From: Candidatus Eutrophobius brisbanensis
GTDB taxonomy: Bacteria > Pseudomonadota > Gammaproteobacteria > Eutrophobiales > Eutrophobiaceae
Length of the DNA: 64,000 nt
Assembly: GCA_038131795.1 (NCBI GenBank)
Contig: JAYPQE010000003.1
Coordinates: forward strand, 525,691 to 589,690
Direction: 5' to 3'
In this document: positions 42,101 to 49,047 of the stretch, one piece after another
Layout: every line of letters starts with the position of its first letter
How positions within the stretch are numbered: the stretch's first letter is position 1
Made by a program: the position numbers and the translations under genes
Notes under the pieces: model-generated
The model's database searches: none
Seen by the model: the letters and a program-made list of their open reading frames with translations, nothing else
What the model was told of the DNA's origin: nothing

Positions 42101-42785
42101 TAAGTTAACCTCTGAGAAAATCAATCGACTTGAGGCTTTGGGATTTATCTGGGACCCTCTAGCTCAGCAATGGGAGGAAGGATTCAAGGAGCTATCTGCA
42201 TACAAAGATGCACATGGTCATGCTAATCCGTCAAAAAGTTATATAACAAATACTAAATATCAATTAGGTGCTTGGTGCGACACAAACCGACAAAATTATA
42301 AAAAAAATAAGTTAACCTCTGAGAAAATCAATCGACTTGAGGCTTTAGGATTTATCTGGGACCTTCTAGCTCAGCAATGGGAGGAAGGATTCAAGGAGCT
42401 ATCTGCATACAAAGATGCACATGGTCATGCTAACCCAGCAACCAATCATAAAACAGATACTGATTATCAATTAGGTGCTTGGTGCAACACAAACCGACAA
42501 AATTATAAAAAAAATAAGTTAACCTCTGAGAAAATCAATCGACTTGAGGCTTTAGGATTTATCTGGGACCCTCTAGCTCAGCAATGGGAGGAAGGATTCA
42601 AGGAGCTATCTGCATACAAAGATACACATGGTCATGCTAATCCGCCACAAAGTTATATAACAAATACTAAATATCAATTAGGTACTTGGTGCAACACAAA
42701 CCGACGAAATTATAAAAAAAATAAGTTAACCTCTGAGAAAATCAATCGACTTGAGGCTTTAGGATTTAAGTGGTCTATAAAATAA
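39192..42785 (+). CDS. Mrr-like PD-(D/E)xK nuclease fused to an SF2 DEAH-box helicase and 8 tandem helicase-associated (HA) domains
   Basis: The N-terminus has the Mrr_cat motif 'DIDRGIDLIAEDEDGKIWGIQAKLY'. Walker A 'MACGTGKTLTALW'. DEAH 'VIADEAHRCAG'. Helicase-C motif VI 'QAVGRAIRLAKGK'. The C-terminus (from ~aa 648) has 8 x 69-aa repeats 'WEEGFKELSAYKDAHGHANP..YQLGTWCD.NR.NYKKNKLTSEKINRLEALGFIWDPLAQQ', which is the HA-domain consensus (LG.W...R......L......L..LGF.W). Confidence 0.85.
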   Translation: MATLEQLISTFEGHETARGKMFERACKWLLENDPTYSNLKKVWLWDDWPGRWDIDRGIDLIAEDEDGKIWGIQAKLYRPENSINRKDIDTFLTESSNKYIHQRLLIGTTDNVSRGGIGAMKRCAELIPVNQLLRSELLAKQIEWPESLDKLSTGGLKAKNNPRPDQERAIEDVVTNFKDQSRGQLIMACGTGKTLTALWIAEKLKSETTLVLLPSLLLLSKTLSEWVTQSSEPFSFLPVCSDDSVSKSDDSINYSTTELGFPSTTDAAEIAKFLDKSGRKVIFSTYQSSQQIADAFEKKKIKPFELVIADEAHRCAGKAGADYTTVLDNKAIPAKKRLFMTATPKIFQTFVKKEAEDRGVEVYSMDDEALFGKVFHKLSFGEAIEQKLLTDYQVSIVGIDEPILAEMISKRELVKTDTGIETDAQTIAAHIGLAKAIKTYDLKRIITFHSKVKSADEFQGDFKKVLDWMPNEHKPDGKFITNFVSGAMTTATRNTRLGELGEIAEGKRGILSNARCLSEGVDVPTLDGIAFIDPRNSEIDIVQAVGRAIRLAKGKDKGTIVIPIFISDFDDPEEVLNDSSYKKIWAVINALRAHDENLGIELDNLRKMMGKRGSVGRSEKIHFDLPVTIDAEFAECFSIKLLETTTASWEFWFGLLEEYKDAHGHANPSQSYITNTKYQLGTWCDKNRQNYKKNKLTSEKINRLEALGFIWDLLAQQWEEGFKELSAYKDAHGHANPATNHKTDTDYQLGTWCNTNRTNYKKNKLTSEKINRLEALGFIWDPLAQQWEEGFKELSAYKDAHGHANPSSRYITNTKYQLGTWCDKNRTNYKKNKLTSEKINRLEALGFIWNPQAQQWEQGFKELSAYKDAHGHANPSKSYITNTKYQLGAWCDANRQNYKKNKLTSEKINRLEALGFIWDPLAQQWEEGFKELSAYKDAHGHANPPQSYITNTKYQLGTWCDTNRTNYKKNKLTSEKINRLEALGFIWDPLAQQWEEGFKELSAYKDAHGHANPSKSYITNTKYQLGAWCDTNRQNYKKNKLTSEKINRLEALGFIWDLLAQQWEEGFKELSAYKDAHGHANPATNHKTDTDYQLGAWCNTNRQNYKKNKLTSEKINRLEALGFIWDPLAQQWEEGFKELSAYKDTHGHANPPQSYITNTKYQLGTWCNTNRRNYKKNKLTSEKINRLEALGFKWSIK
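41136..42785 (+). repeat. Tandem array of 8 x 207-bp near-identical coding repeats (HA domains)
   Basis: The unit starts 'TGGGAG(GAAGGATTCAAGGAGCTATCTGCATACAAAGATGCACATGGTCATGCTAA)'. It recurs at 41136, 41343, 41550, 41757, 41964, 42171, 42378 and 42585. Differences are confined to a few codon positions. Confidence 0.9.
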
Positions 42786-42808
42786 ATGGGAACGGCGCAG
42801 GAAGAACT

Positions 42809-43037
42809 CCAGCGTCAACAAGCTCTCGAACTCTCGCAAAACCGCCCTCACTTAAAGCTTGTCGAGTAGTTCTGATGATCTCCTTGGATAAGTTCAAAAT
42901 TGGGTAAAGGTGGTTCAAGAAAAGGCTCTGGCAGGAAATCTAAACCTTATAGATTTCTTGAGGTTGGTGGATTCTGTGAGAATCTTAATCATCAACTTTT
43001 GAATGAGATTAAACGCTCGAGGGTCGCGGCAAGCCTG
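42809..43037. repeat. Direct repeat copy C (X-partial + Y) downstream of the nuclease-helicase gene
   Basis: 'CCAGCGTCAACAAGCTCTCGAACTCTCGCAAAACCGCCCTCACTTAAAGCTTGTCGAGTAGTTCTGATGATCTCCTTGGATAAGTTCAAAATTGGGTAAAGGTGGTTCAAG...GCAAGCCTG' is >90% identical to 38440..38668. Confidence 0.8.
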
Positions 43038-43388
43038 TCAGCTTATGACGAAGCCGTCTATAAAGCCAAATCTAAAGGCGTCCGAGCTTATGTGAATCCA
43101 AAGACCGACGAACAAGAAGACCATCATGAAAATATTCAAGAAGCATTATTGAAAGACAAAAAGAAGTTTAAGAAATCAGTAGCACTACTTAATAAGCTTG
43201 TAGCGGGGCAGTTATCTGAAGAAATCTATCTCCAGCAGAAACCGTCCATCCCAAGGTATCAACAATTAAAGAATCCAAGACCTCCAAGACAGGAGGTGCT
43301 GAAACAAGCATCTAAACACTTTTGCTTAAAGATAAGCACCATTGATAAGTACTGGAAGGATTTCAGGAAAACTCTAAAAGATAAATAA
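42900..43388 (+). CDS. Hypothetical highly basic protein (162 aa)
   Basis: 'MGKGGSRKGSGRKSKPYRFLEVGGFCENLNHQLLNEIKRSRVAASLSAYDEAVYKAKSKG...'. Lys/Arg-rich. TTG start in the ORF track. Full-length version of 38533..38754. Confidence 0.4.
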   Translation: MGKGGSRKGSGRKSKPYRFLEVGGFCENLNHQLLNEIKRSRVAASLSAYDEAVYKAKSKGVRAYVNPKTDEQEDHHENIQEALLKDKKKFKKSVALLNKLVAGQLSEEIYLQQKPSIPRYQQLKNPRPPRQEVLKQASKHFCLKISTIDKYWKDFRKTLKDK

Positions 43389-43489
43389 AATCAATAACAT
43401 ATTTGAAAAAATACCTCTTAAAAAAAATATCCTAGCGGCATCTGCTTAAATCCCCTTGAATCTTAATATGTCCAAAGGAGGACAATGAT

Positions 43490-43711
43490 ATGGAGCATGC
43501 CGCAGAAATTCGACTCATTAGACTGCCCGAAGTCAAATCACGCACGGGGTTATCTCGTTCAACTATTTATTTATGGATTAAAGAAGGTAAATTTCCGGCT
43601 CCTATATCTCTTGGTATGAGGGCTGTAGGATGGCTCGAATTCGATATTCAGCAATGGCTGGATGACAGGATCAAAATAAGCCGCCCGGACCACATTGATG
43701 CGAAAGCATAA
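43490..43711 (+). CDS. alpA: AlpA-family phage/island transcriptional regulator (excisionase-like HTH)
   Basis: 'IRLIRLPEVKSRTGLSRSTIYLWIKEGKFPAPISLGMRAVGWLEFDIQQWL' is the AlpA/MerR-type HTH consensus. Typical partner of P4-type integrases. Confidence 0.85.
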   Translation: MEHAAEIRLIRLPEVKSRTGLSRSTIYLWIKEGKFPAPISLGMRAVGWLEFDIQQWLDDRIKISRPDHIDAKA

Positions 43712-44132
43712 TCCTCGGCTTGTAAAGATTCACAGAAATTATACGGTTGAGGAAATAGCTATCCTGTTCGGCATTCATAAGAACACAGTTCACCAATGGA
43801 TTAAGCGTGGTTTGCCTGTTATGGATAACAAAAGACCAAAACTAATACATGGCGAGGAGTTATTAGGTTTTATCAAGGAGTGTCGCACCAAAAATAAGAA
43901 ATCATGTAAGCCTGGTGAGATTTACTGTGTGAAGTGTCGTGAACCTCGGTCACCATTAAATTTGGAAGTTTGTTACCGCCCGATTACCGAAAAACTGGGG
44001 GATTTAGTTGGTATATGCCCCTGTTGTGAGATAGCTATCTATCGAAGAGCAAGTATGGCTAAATTGCAGTGTATTCGAGGTGAACTATCGATAATGATGC
44101 CGAAAGGTTTGGAACACTTAGTAGAGACATAA
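43695..44132 (+). CDS. HTH domain protein with C-terminal C4 zinc ribbon (hypothetical regulator)
   Basis: 'YTVEEIAILFGIHKNTVHQWIKRGLPV' HTH. 'CVKCREP....CPCCE' zinc ribbon. Overlaps alpA by 17 nt. Confidence 0.5.
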   Translation: MMRKHNPRLVKIHRNYTVEEIAILFGIHKNTVHQWIKRGLPVMDNKRPKLIHGEELLGFIKECRTKNKKSCKPGEIYCVKCREPRSPLNLEVCYRPITEKLGDLVGICPCCEIAIYRRASMAKLQCIRGELSIMMPKGLEHLVET

Positions 44133-44174
44133 TCACTCTCCGTAAACAGTGACTTCCAATAGTGAGGTAAAATA

Positions 44175-45260
44175 ATGTCAAAATACAATGCTGAAAATGA
44201 ACGTATCAAGCGCCAGTATTTTACTTTTTTGAAAGAGGCAAAGCGTCAAGACGAATCAACTATTGATGCGGTTGCCAAGGCCATACGGCGGTTTGAAGAT
44301 TACTGTAGTCAGCGTAGTTTCAAGAAATTCAATTTCAACCAGGCGGTTGCTTTTAAGAAGCATTTAGCTAACCAGAGGAATATACAGACAGGCAGGAATT
44401 TAAGTAAGGCAACGATAAATTCCACGTTGGGTCACTTAAAACGGTTATTTCAATGGTTGTCCGATAAACCTGGATATAAATCCCGGATTAGCTACTCCGA
44501 TGCTGATTATTTCAACCTTTCCGAGAAAGATACCCGTGTAGCCAAGGCCGTCCACCCTAGACAGGTACCGACACTTGACCAGATACGGCATGTCCTTGGT
44601 TGTATGCCGGTAGATTCGGATATTTCCTCGCGCAATCGGGCGATTATCGCTTTTACGATCCTGACGGGTGCCAGGGACAACGCCATTGCCTCATTGAAAT
44701 TGAAACACATAGATTTGATTGGAAGAAGTGTTTACCAGGATGCCCGAGAAGTCAGGACGAAATTCAGTAAATCCTTCACAACTTATTTTTTCCCGGTAGG
44801 TGAGGATATACGGGAAATTGTTGAACAATGGATACAATACCTTAGAGAAGGATTGTTATGGGGCAATGAGGACCCCTTATTTCCTGCTACAGCGGTCAGG
44901 GTAGGGGAGTCCAGGCAATTTGAAGCTAATGGGCTGAAAAAGAGCCATTGGAGTAACGCCAGTCCAATAAGGTCCATTTTTAAGGATGCGTTTACACAGG
45001 CTGGATTAGACTATTTTAATCCCCATACATTCCGGAATACCCTGGTTGGGTTGGGTGAGAAAATTTGCAATACTCCCGAAGACTTCAAGGCATGGAGTCA
45101 AAATCTGGGACATGAGGAAGTTCTAACCACTTTTAATAGCTATGGTGAGGTATCGAACCAGCGCCAATCTGAAATCATCCGATCCCTGGGTGCCGAAGAA
45201 GGTGATGAATCGGAAGAAATAAAATTACTCAGAAAATTGGTAAAAAAACATAATCTTTAA
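44175..45260 (+). CDS. Tyrosine-type site-specific recombinase (second integrase of the island)
   Basis: N-terminal SAM-like 'FNQAVAFKKHLANQR'. Catalytic 'R' in 'GARDNAI'. 'HTFRNT' (HxxR) and 'LGHEEVLTTFNSYGEV' (catalytic Tyr). Followed 30 bp downstream by the GGGGGCA repeats and the internal att copy. Confidence 0.85.
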   Translation: MSKYNAENERIKRQYFTFLKEAKRQDESTIDAVAKAIRRFEDYCSQRSFKKFNFNQAVAFKKHLANQRNIQTGRNLSKATINSTLGHLKRLFQWLSDKPGYKSRISYSDADYFNLSEKDTRVAKAVHPRQVPTLDQIRHVLGCMPVDSDISSRNRAIIAFTILTGARDNAIASLKLKHIDLIGRSVYQDAREVRTKFSKSFTTYFFPVGEDIREIVEQWIQYLREGLLWGNEDPLFPATAVRVGESRQFEANGLKKSHWSNASPIRSIFKDAFTQAGLDYFNPHTFRNTLVGLGEKICNTPEDFKAWSQNLGHEEVLTTFNSYGEVSNQRQSEIIRSLGAEEGDESEEIKLLRKLVKKHNL

Positions 45261-45506
45261 ACCAATAATACAGGGTATGACTTCGGTACTTGGGGGCATA
45301 TATGGGGGCACATTTCTGGAGCATGATGCATCAATTATATTGAAAACAGATAGATACGGTTGCTTATAGAATCCTCTTTCCGCCCATTTTCATTTCCAGC
45401 AACATAAGGAATACAATAATCACTTGAACCCAAATCCTAACTTTGAAAATGGTACCGTTACTGGGAGTAGGTCACAAGTTATCTAGTATCACAAAGGATC
45501 ACTTAG

Positions 45507-46421
45507 TTGAATATTTTTGATTCATATGTAATTGTTGATTGGAGTTCTTCAAATAAACCTAATACGGGTAAAGATAGTATATGGTATTGCCAAATTATTT
45601 GGAAAGATGGTGAAATAGCTATAAAAAATCTTAAGAATCCATCGACAAGGCATCAAGCTTTTAATGAAATACGCGAAATATTAATCCAATCTAAAGATAA
45701 AAATCATAGAACATTAGTTGGGTTCGATTTTTCTTATGGTTATCCATCAGGTTTCTCAAAATATCTAGGGTTAGAACAAGAAAATAAATGGTTATCTATA
45801 TGGAGACATATTGATTCTCTTATAGTAGATAATATAGATAACGAAAATAATAGGTTCGAGGTCGCTAATAAAATCAATGATCTATTAAGCGGGGCAAATT
45901 ACCCCTTTTGGGGCTGTCCAAGTAGTGAAACACGTGAAAACCTTACCTCAACAAAAGCAGAAAAACCTTTGCATTTTGAAATCGATGATTTCAGAATAAC
46001 TGAAAAAAAAATACAGCGAGCGCAATCGGTTTGGAAACTATTCTATTCGGGTAGTGTTGGCGGCCAAGTTTTAACTGGTATTCCAAAGCTTTGGAACCTA
46101 TATAAAGATAAAGAATTATTTAAATATTCAATAGTTTGGCCTTTCGAAACAGGCCTTCATCATATAAATCAAGATAAACTTAAAAATAAATTAATTGTTC
46201 ATGCTGAAATTTATCCTTCGATTATAGATATTAATGCTGACAATAATGAGGCGAAGGATAAAGCTCAGGTTAGGGAGCTTGCCAGCCATTTTGCAAAGTT
46301 AGATAAAGATAATAAACTCGGAGAATTGTTTGCAGGTCCTATGAATCTGACTTTTGATGAAAGAAAAATAATTGAAGATGAAGAAGGGTGGATTCTAGGG
46401 GTTGTTGATAAAAATCACTAA
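45507..46421 (+). CDS. Hypothetical protein, possibly RNase-H-like fold (DUF429-like N-terminus). Very AT-rich.
   Basis: 'MNIFDSYVIVDWSSSNKPNTGKDSIWYCQI' resembles the (I/V)GxDxS... start of RNase-H-like DUF429/YqgF proteins. Weak motif-level call. Lies between the internal att and attR. Confidence 0.3.
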   Translation: MNIFDSYVIVDWSSSNKPNTGKDSIWYCQIIWKDGEIAIKNLKNPSTRHQAFNEIREILIQSKDKNHRTLVGFDFSYGYPSGFSKYLGLEQENKWLSIWRHIDSLIVDNIDNENNRFEVANKINDLLSGANYPFWGCPSSETRENLTSTKAEKPLHFEIDDFRITEKKIQRAQSVWKLFYSGSVGGQVLTGIPKLWNLYKDKELFKYSIVWPFETGLHHINQDKLKNKLIVHAEIYPSIIDINADNNEAKDKAQVRELASHFAKLDKDNKLGELFAGPMNLTFDERKIIEDEEGWILGVVDKNH

Positions 46422-46425
46422 TCGG

Positions 46426-46894
46426 TGAAACCGTCCGCGTGCATACTGAACCAGGACGGGTGATCCTCACCTACCGCCACCGAAGCGGCGGAGAGGATTG
46501 AAAGGAAGAAAGTTATCCCGTCTATCTCGATTGGACTGCCTGTAATCTTGGCGGGCAACGGCCCTGGTTTCTTTGTCCTGTCCATGGTTGCGGGCGGCGC
46601 GTGGCGATCCTCTACGGGGGCGGCATCTTCGCTTGCCGTCACTGCTACCAGTTAGCCTATACCAGCCAGCGGGAAACCTGGGATGATCGGGCTGCACGGA
46701 AGGCGGATCGCATCAGAGACAAGCTGGGATGGGAGCCGGGCATCCTGAATGGTAATGGCTTAAAGCCCAAGGGGATGCACTGGAACACCTTCGAGCGGTT
46801 GACCGCACAGCATGATGCGTTTGTGAATATCTCCCTTGTCAGGATGGCACGAAGGTTTAATCTATTAGGTGAATCGCTTGAAGACTGGATATAA
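46426..46894 (+). pseudogene. High-GC gene fragment with an internal stop (foreign-origin remnant)
   Basis: One frame reads '..TEPGRVILTYRHRSGGED*KEESYPVYLDWTACNLGGQRPWFLCPVHGCGRRVAILYGGGIFACRHCYQLAYTSQRETWDDRAARKADRIRDKLGWEPG..LEDWI*'. It has a zinc-ribbon-like CPxC..CRHC. GC is visibly much higher than the flanks (~35%). No start codon; it begins at the stop of the upstream gene. Confidence 0.4.
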
Positions 46895-47162
46895 ATTTGC
46901 AATAAATATACATAGTGAGAATTGCCGATGGGGGCATATTGCGCATTATATCTTTAATAAACTTAATAATAACAGATAGATACGGTTACTTATAGAATCC
47001 TCTTTCCGGCACCATTTTAACGAGGGTCCATACCGGGCACATGGGTAACAGATTATTCCGAGAACATTGATAACACTTTTTTGTATAAATCAAATGGACG
47101 CTGGATCTCGACGAAATGCCTGTAAATCAACATCACCAGGTAGCGGTGAATGTATTCGCTTT

Positions 47163-48962
47163 TTAAAATGGCCAGAAGATGGGGATCAATACTGTAGCGA
47201 TACCCCATATGCCTATTGATAATGGGACACCTATTAGCAGGTAATCAGTAAACTTATAGCCACCAACACCGTATATCATGAGGTTGGTAGGGTAGCCAAT
47301 AGGGGTTGCCAAGGACGTTGCAGAAGCAATCATTACCGCAATGATATAAGGCATAATTGATACCCCCATTGATTCGGATATGGCAGAGATAATTGGCAGC
47401 ATTAACACCGCAGATGCCTTTGCCGTAATTATATTTCCCAAAATCATAGTTATGGCGAATATAGTCGATAGCATAAGTAAGGGGTGATGGCCAAACAGCA
47501 GTAATAACCAATCTGACAGGTTGGATGCGAGACCGCTGACTTCAATGGCTTTCCCCAAACATAAAGCGGCAACGATAACGAGAATTGTTTCAAGATCAAT
47601 CGATCGCCTGGCATTATTTGCAGAGCAACATCCGGTCAATATCATCAGGATAGCTGTAATCATCGCACCCGTCATTATCGATGTAATCCCACTAGTAATA
47701 AGTATTATCATCATTGCTATTAGGGCGATGGCTACATACACCTGTTTATGTTCTACATAGGGTGAATCAGATGCCTTGCTGACAAGGTAAAAGTCGGGTC
47801 TGTTTTTTTGTTGTTCAAGAAAGTTAGACCGAGCTTCAAGCAAAAGTACATCACCTGCCTGTAATATAATATCACCAATTTTTTTATTAATTTTTTCTCC
47901 ACTTCTGGCAACGGCAATAATGGCGGCATTATAATTGGTTCTGAATTTACCTTCGCGGATGGTTTTGCCAATGAGGGGGCACTTGTTACTGACGACGGCC
48001 TCTACTAAATGCCTTCTACGACGAGGTTCAGTTAATTTAAATATCTGGTTAGTAGCGGGTATTAAACCACGAAAATTTTGCAAATCAACAACCGAATCGA
48101 TAATGCCGGCAAAGATAAGCCTGTCATTGCCATGTAATATGATTTCTGATGAGACGGCAGCCAGGATTTCTCCATCACGGTCTATTTCAATCAGATATAA
48201 ACCATTTAAACCACGCAAGCCGGCTTGTTCAATGGATTTGCCTACAAGTACTCCGCCATCTTCCACTAACATTTCAACTGTGTATTGACGTGAATCATCT
48301 GCTTGATCCAAGACTGGCGTTCGGTCAATCAACAACCACCGACTGAAGAATAGAATAAAAAGGGACCCAAATATAGCAATGGGGACCCCCACTTTGCTGA
48401 GTTCAAAAATACTCAACCCTTCATGATTTAACTCGCTGATTATCCAGCCGTTGACTATCAGGTTTGAACTTGTCCCAATTAAGGTACATGCCCCACCCAG
48501 GATAGAGGCATATGAAAGTGGAATTAACAACTTGGATAATGAAATATTATTTCTTCGTGACCAGTCATCAACTGCCGATAACATTATGGCAACCAGAGGG
48601 GTATTGTTCATGAATGCACTCATGACAGCACTAGACCAAATAATACGATTTTGTGCATTTTGGACAGATTTGGTGACACCAAGAATATTCTGTGAAATTA
48701 TTTGCAACAGTCCGGTTTCCCTCAGGCCAGAGGCGATAATGAAGAAAGCAGCAATGGTAATGACACCTTCATTGGCAAAATTATCCAGGATATGGGTCGT
48801 TTCCAGGATGCCAATCTGCCATGCATCATGGAAATGGTAGGGAACGACCAATAACAGAATTACACCTGACCATAAAATGATATCCGGAGATCGATTCCAA
48901 TGGATAAGCGCGCTAAAAACTAGCACAATTGATATTAAGGTAATGATTGCAGGTATGGTCAT
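47163..48962 (-). CDS. Anion permease with two central TrkA-C domains (DASS/ArsB-NhaD superfamily transporter)
   Basis: The N- and C-terminal halves are polytopic membrane domains (e.g. 'SILGGACTLIGTSSNLIVNG', 'LATPIGYPTNLMIYG'). The middle has 'VEDGGVLVGKSIEQAGLRGLNGLYLIEIDRDGE' and 'VVSNKCPLIGKTIREGKFRTNYNAAIIAVARSGE', which are TrkA_C motifs. Confidence 0.75.
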   Translation of the reverse strand: MTIPAIITLISIVLVFSALIHWNRSPDIILWSGVILLLVVPYHFHDAWQIGILETTHILDNFANEGVITIAAFFIIASGLRETGLLQIISQNILGVTKSVQNAQNRIIWSSAVMSAFMNNTPLVAIMLSAVDDWSRRNNISLSKLLIPLSYASILGGACTLIGTSSNLIVNGWIISELNHEGLSIFELSKVGVPIAIFGSLFILFFSRWLLIDRTPVLDQADDSRQYTVEMLVEDGGVLVGKSIEQAGLRGLNGLYLIEIDRDGEILAAVSSEIILHGNDRLIFAGIIDSVVDLQNFRGLIPATNQIFKLTEPRRRRHLVEAVVSNKCPLIGKTIREGKFRTNYNAAIIAVARSGEKINKKIGDIILQAGDVLLLEARSNFLEQQKNRPDFYLVSKASDSPYVEHKQVYVAIALIAMMIILITSGITSIMTGAMITAILMILTGCCSANNARRSIDLETILVIVAALCLGKAIEVSGLASNLSDWLLLLFGHHPLLMLSTIFAITMILGNIITAKASAVLMLPIISAISESMGVSIMPYIIAVMIASATSLATPIGYPTNLMIYGVGGYKFTDYLLIGVPLSIGIWGIATVLIPIFWPF

Positions 48963-49047
48963 TCGATTTTACTTTGATTTAGCTCAATGTTTCCAGGTAT
49001 GTATAAAGTTATTATAATCCACAAACTTGTTTAATAAGGGGTATTTT

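Larger units (their letters stand above)
35174..47014 (+). mobile_element. Composite integrative island at tRNA-Thr. attL 35154..35173. attR 46995..47014. Internal partial att at 45368..45381.
   Basis: The 20-bp direct repeat GAATCCTCTTTCCGGCACCA sits at the tRNA 3' end and at 46995..47014. A 14-bp partial copy with the same 24-bp left flank 'AACAGATAGATACGGTTNCTTATA' lies at 45345..45381. A P4-type int sits next to the tRNA. AlpA and a second recombinase lie inside. The region is markedly AT-rich. Confidence 0.8.

Noticed and set aside
41136-42785. Possible CRISPR array (regular ~200-bp periodicity)
   Set aside because: The period is 207 bp, with no alternating unique spacers. The repeats are contiguous, translate in one frame into HA domains, and sit inside a long CDS. 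This is a coding tandem repeat, not a CRISPR.
46418-46697. Minus-strand ORFs 46418..46642 and 46467..46697
   Set aside because: These are Arg/Pro-rich translations of the antisense of a high-GC pseudogene. They are typical GC-rich shadow frames.
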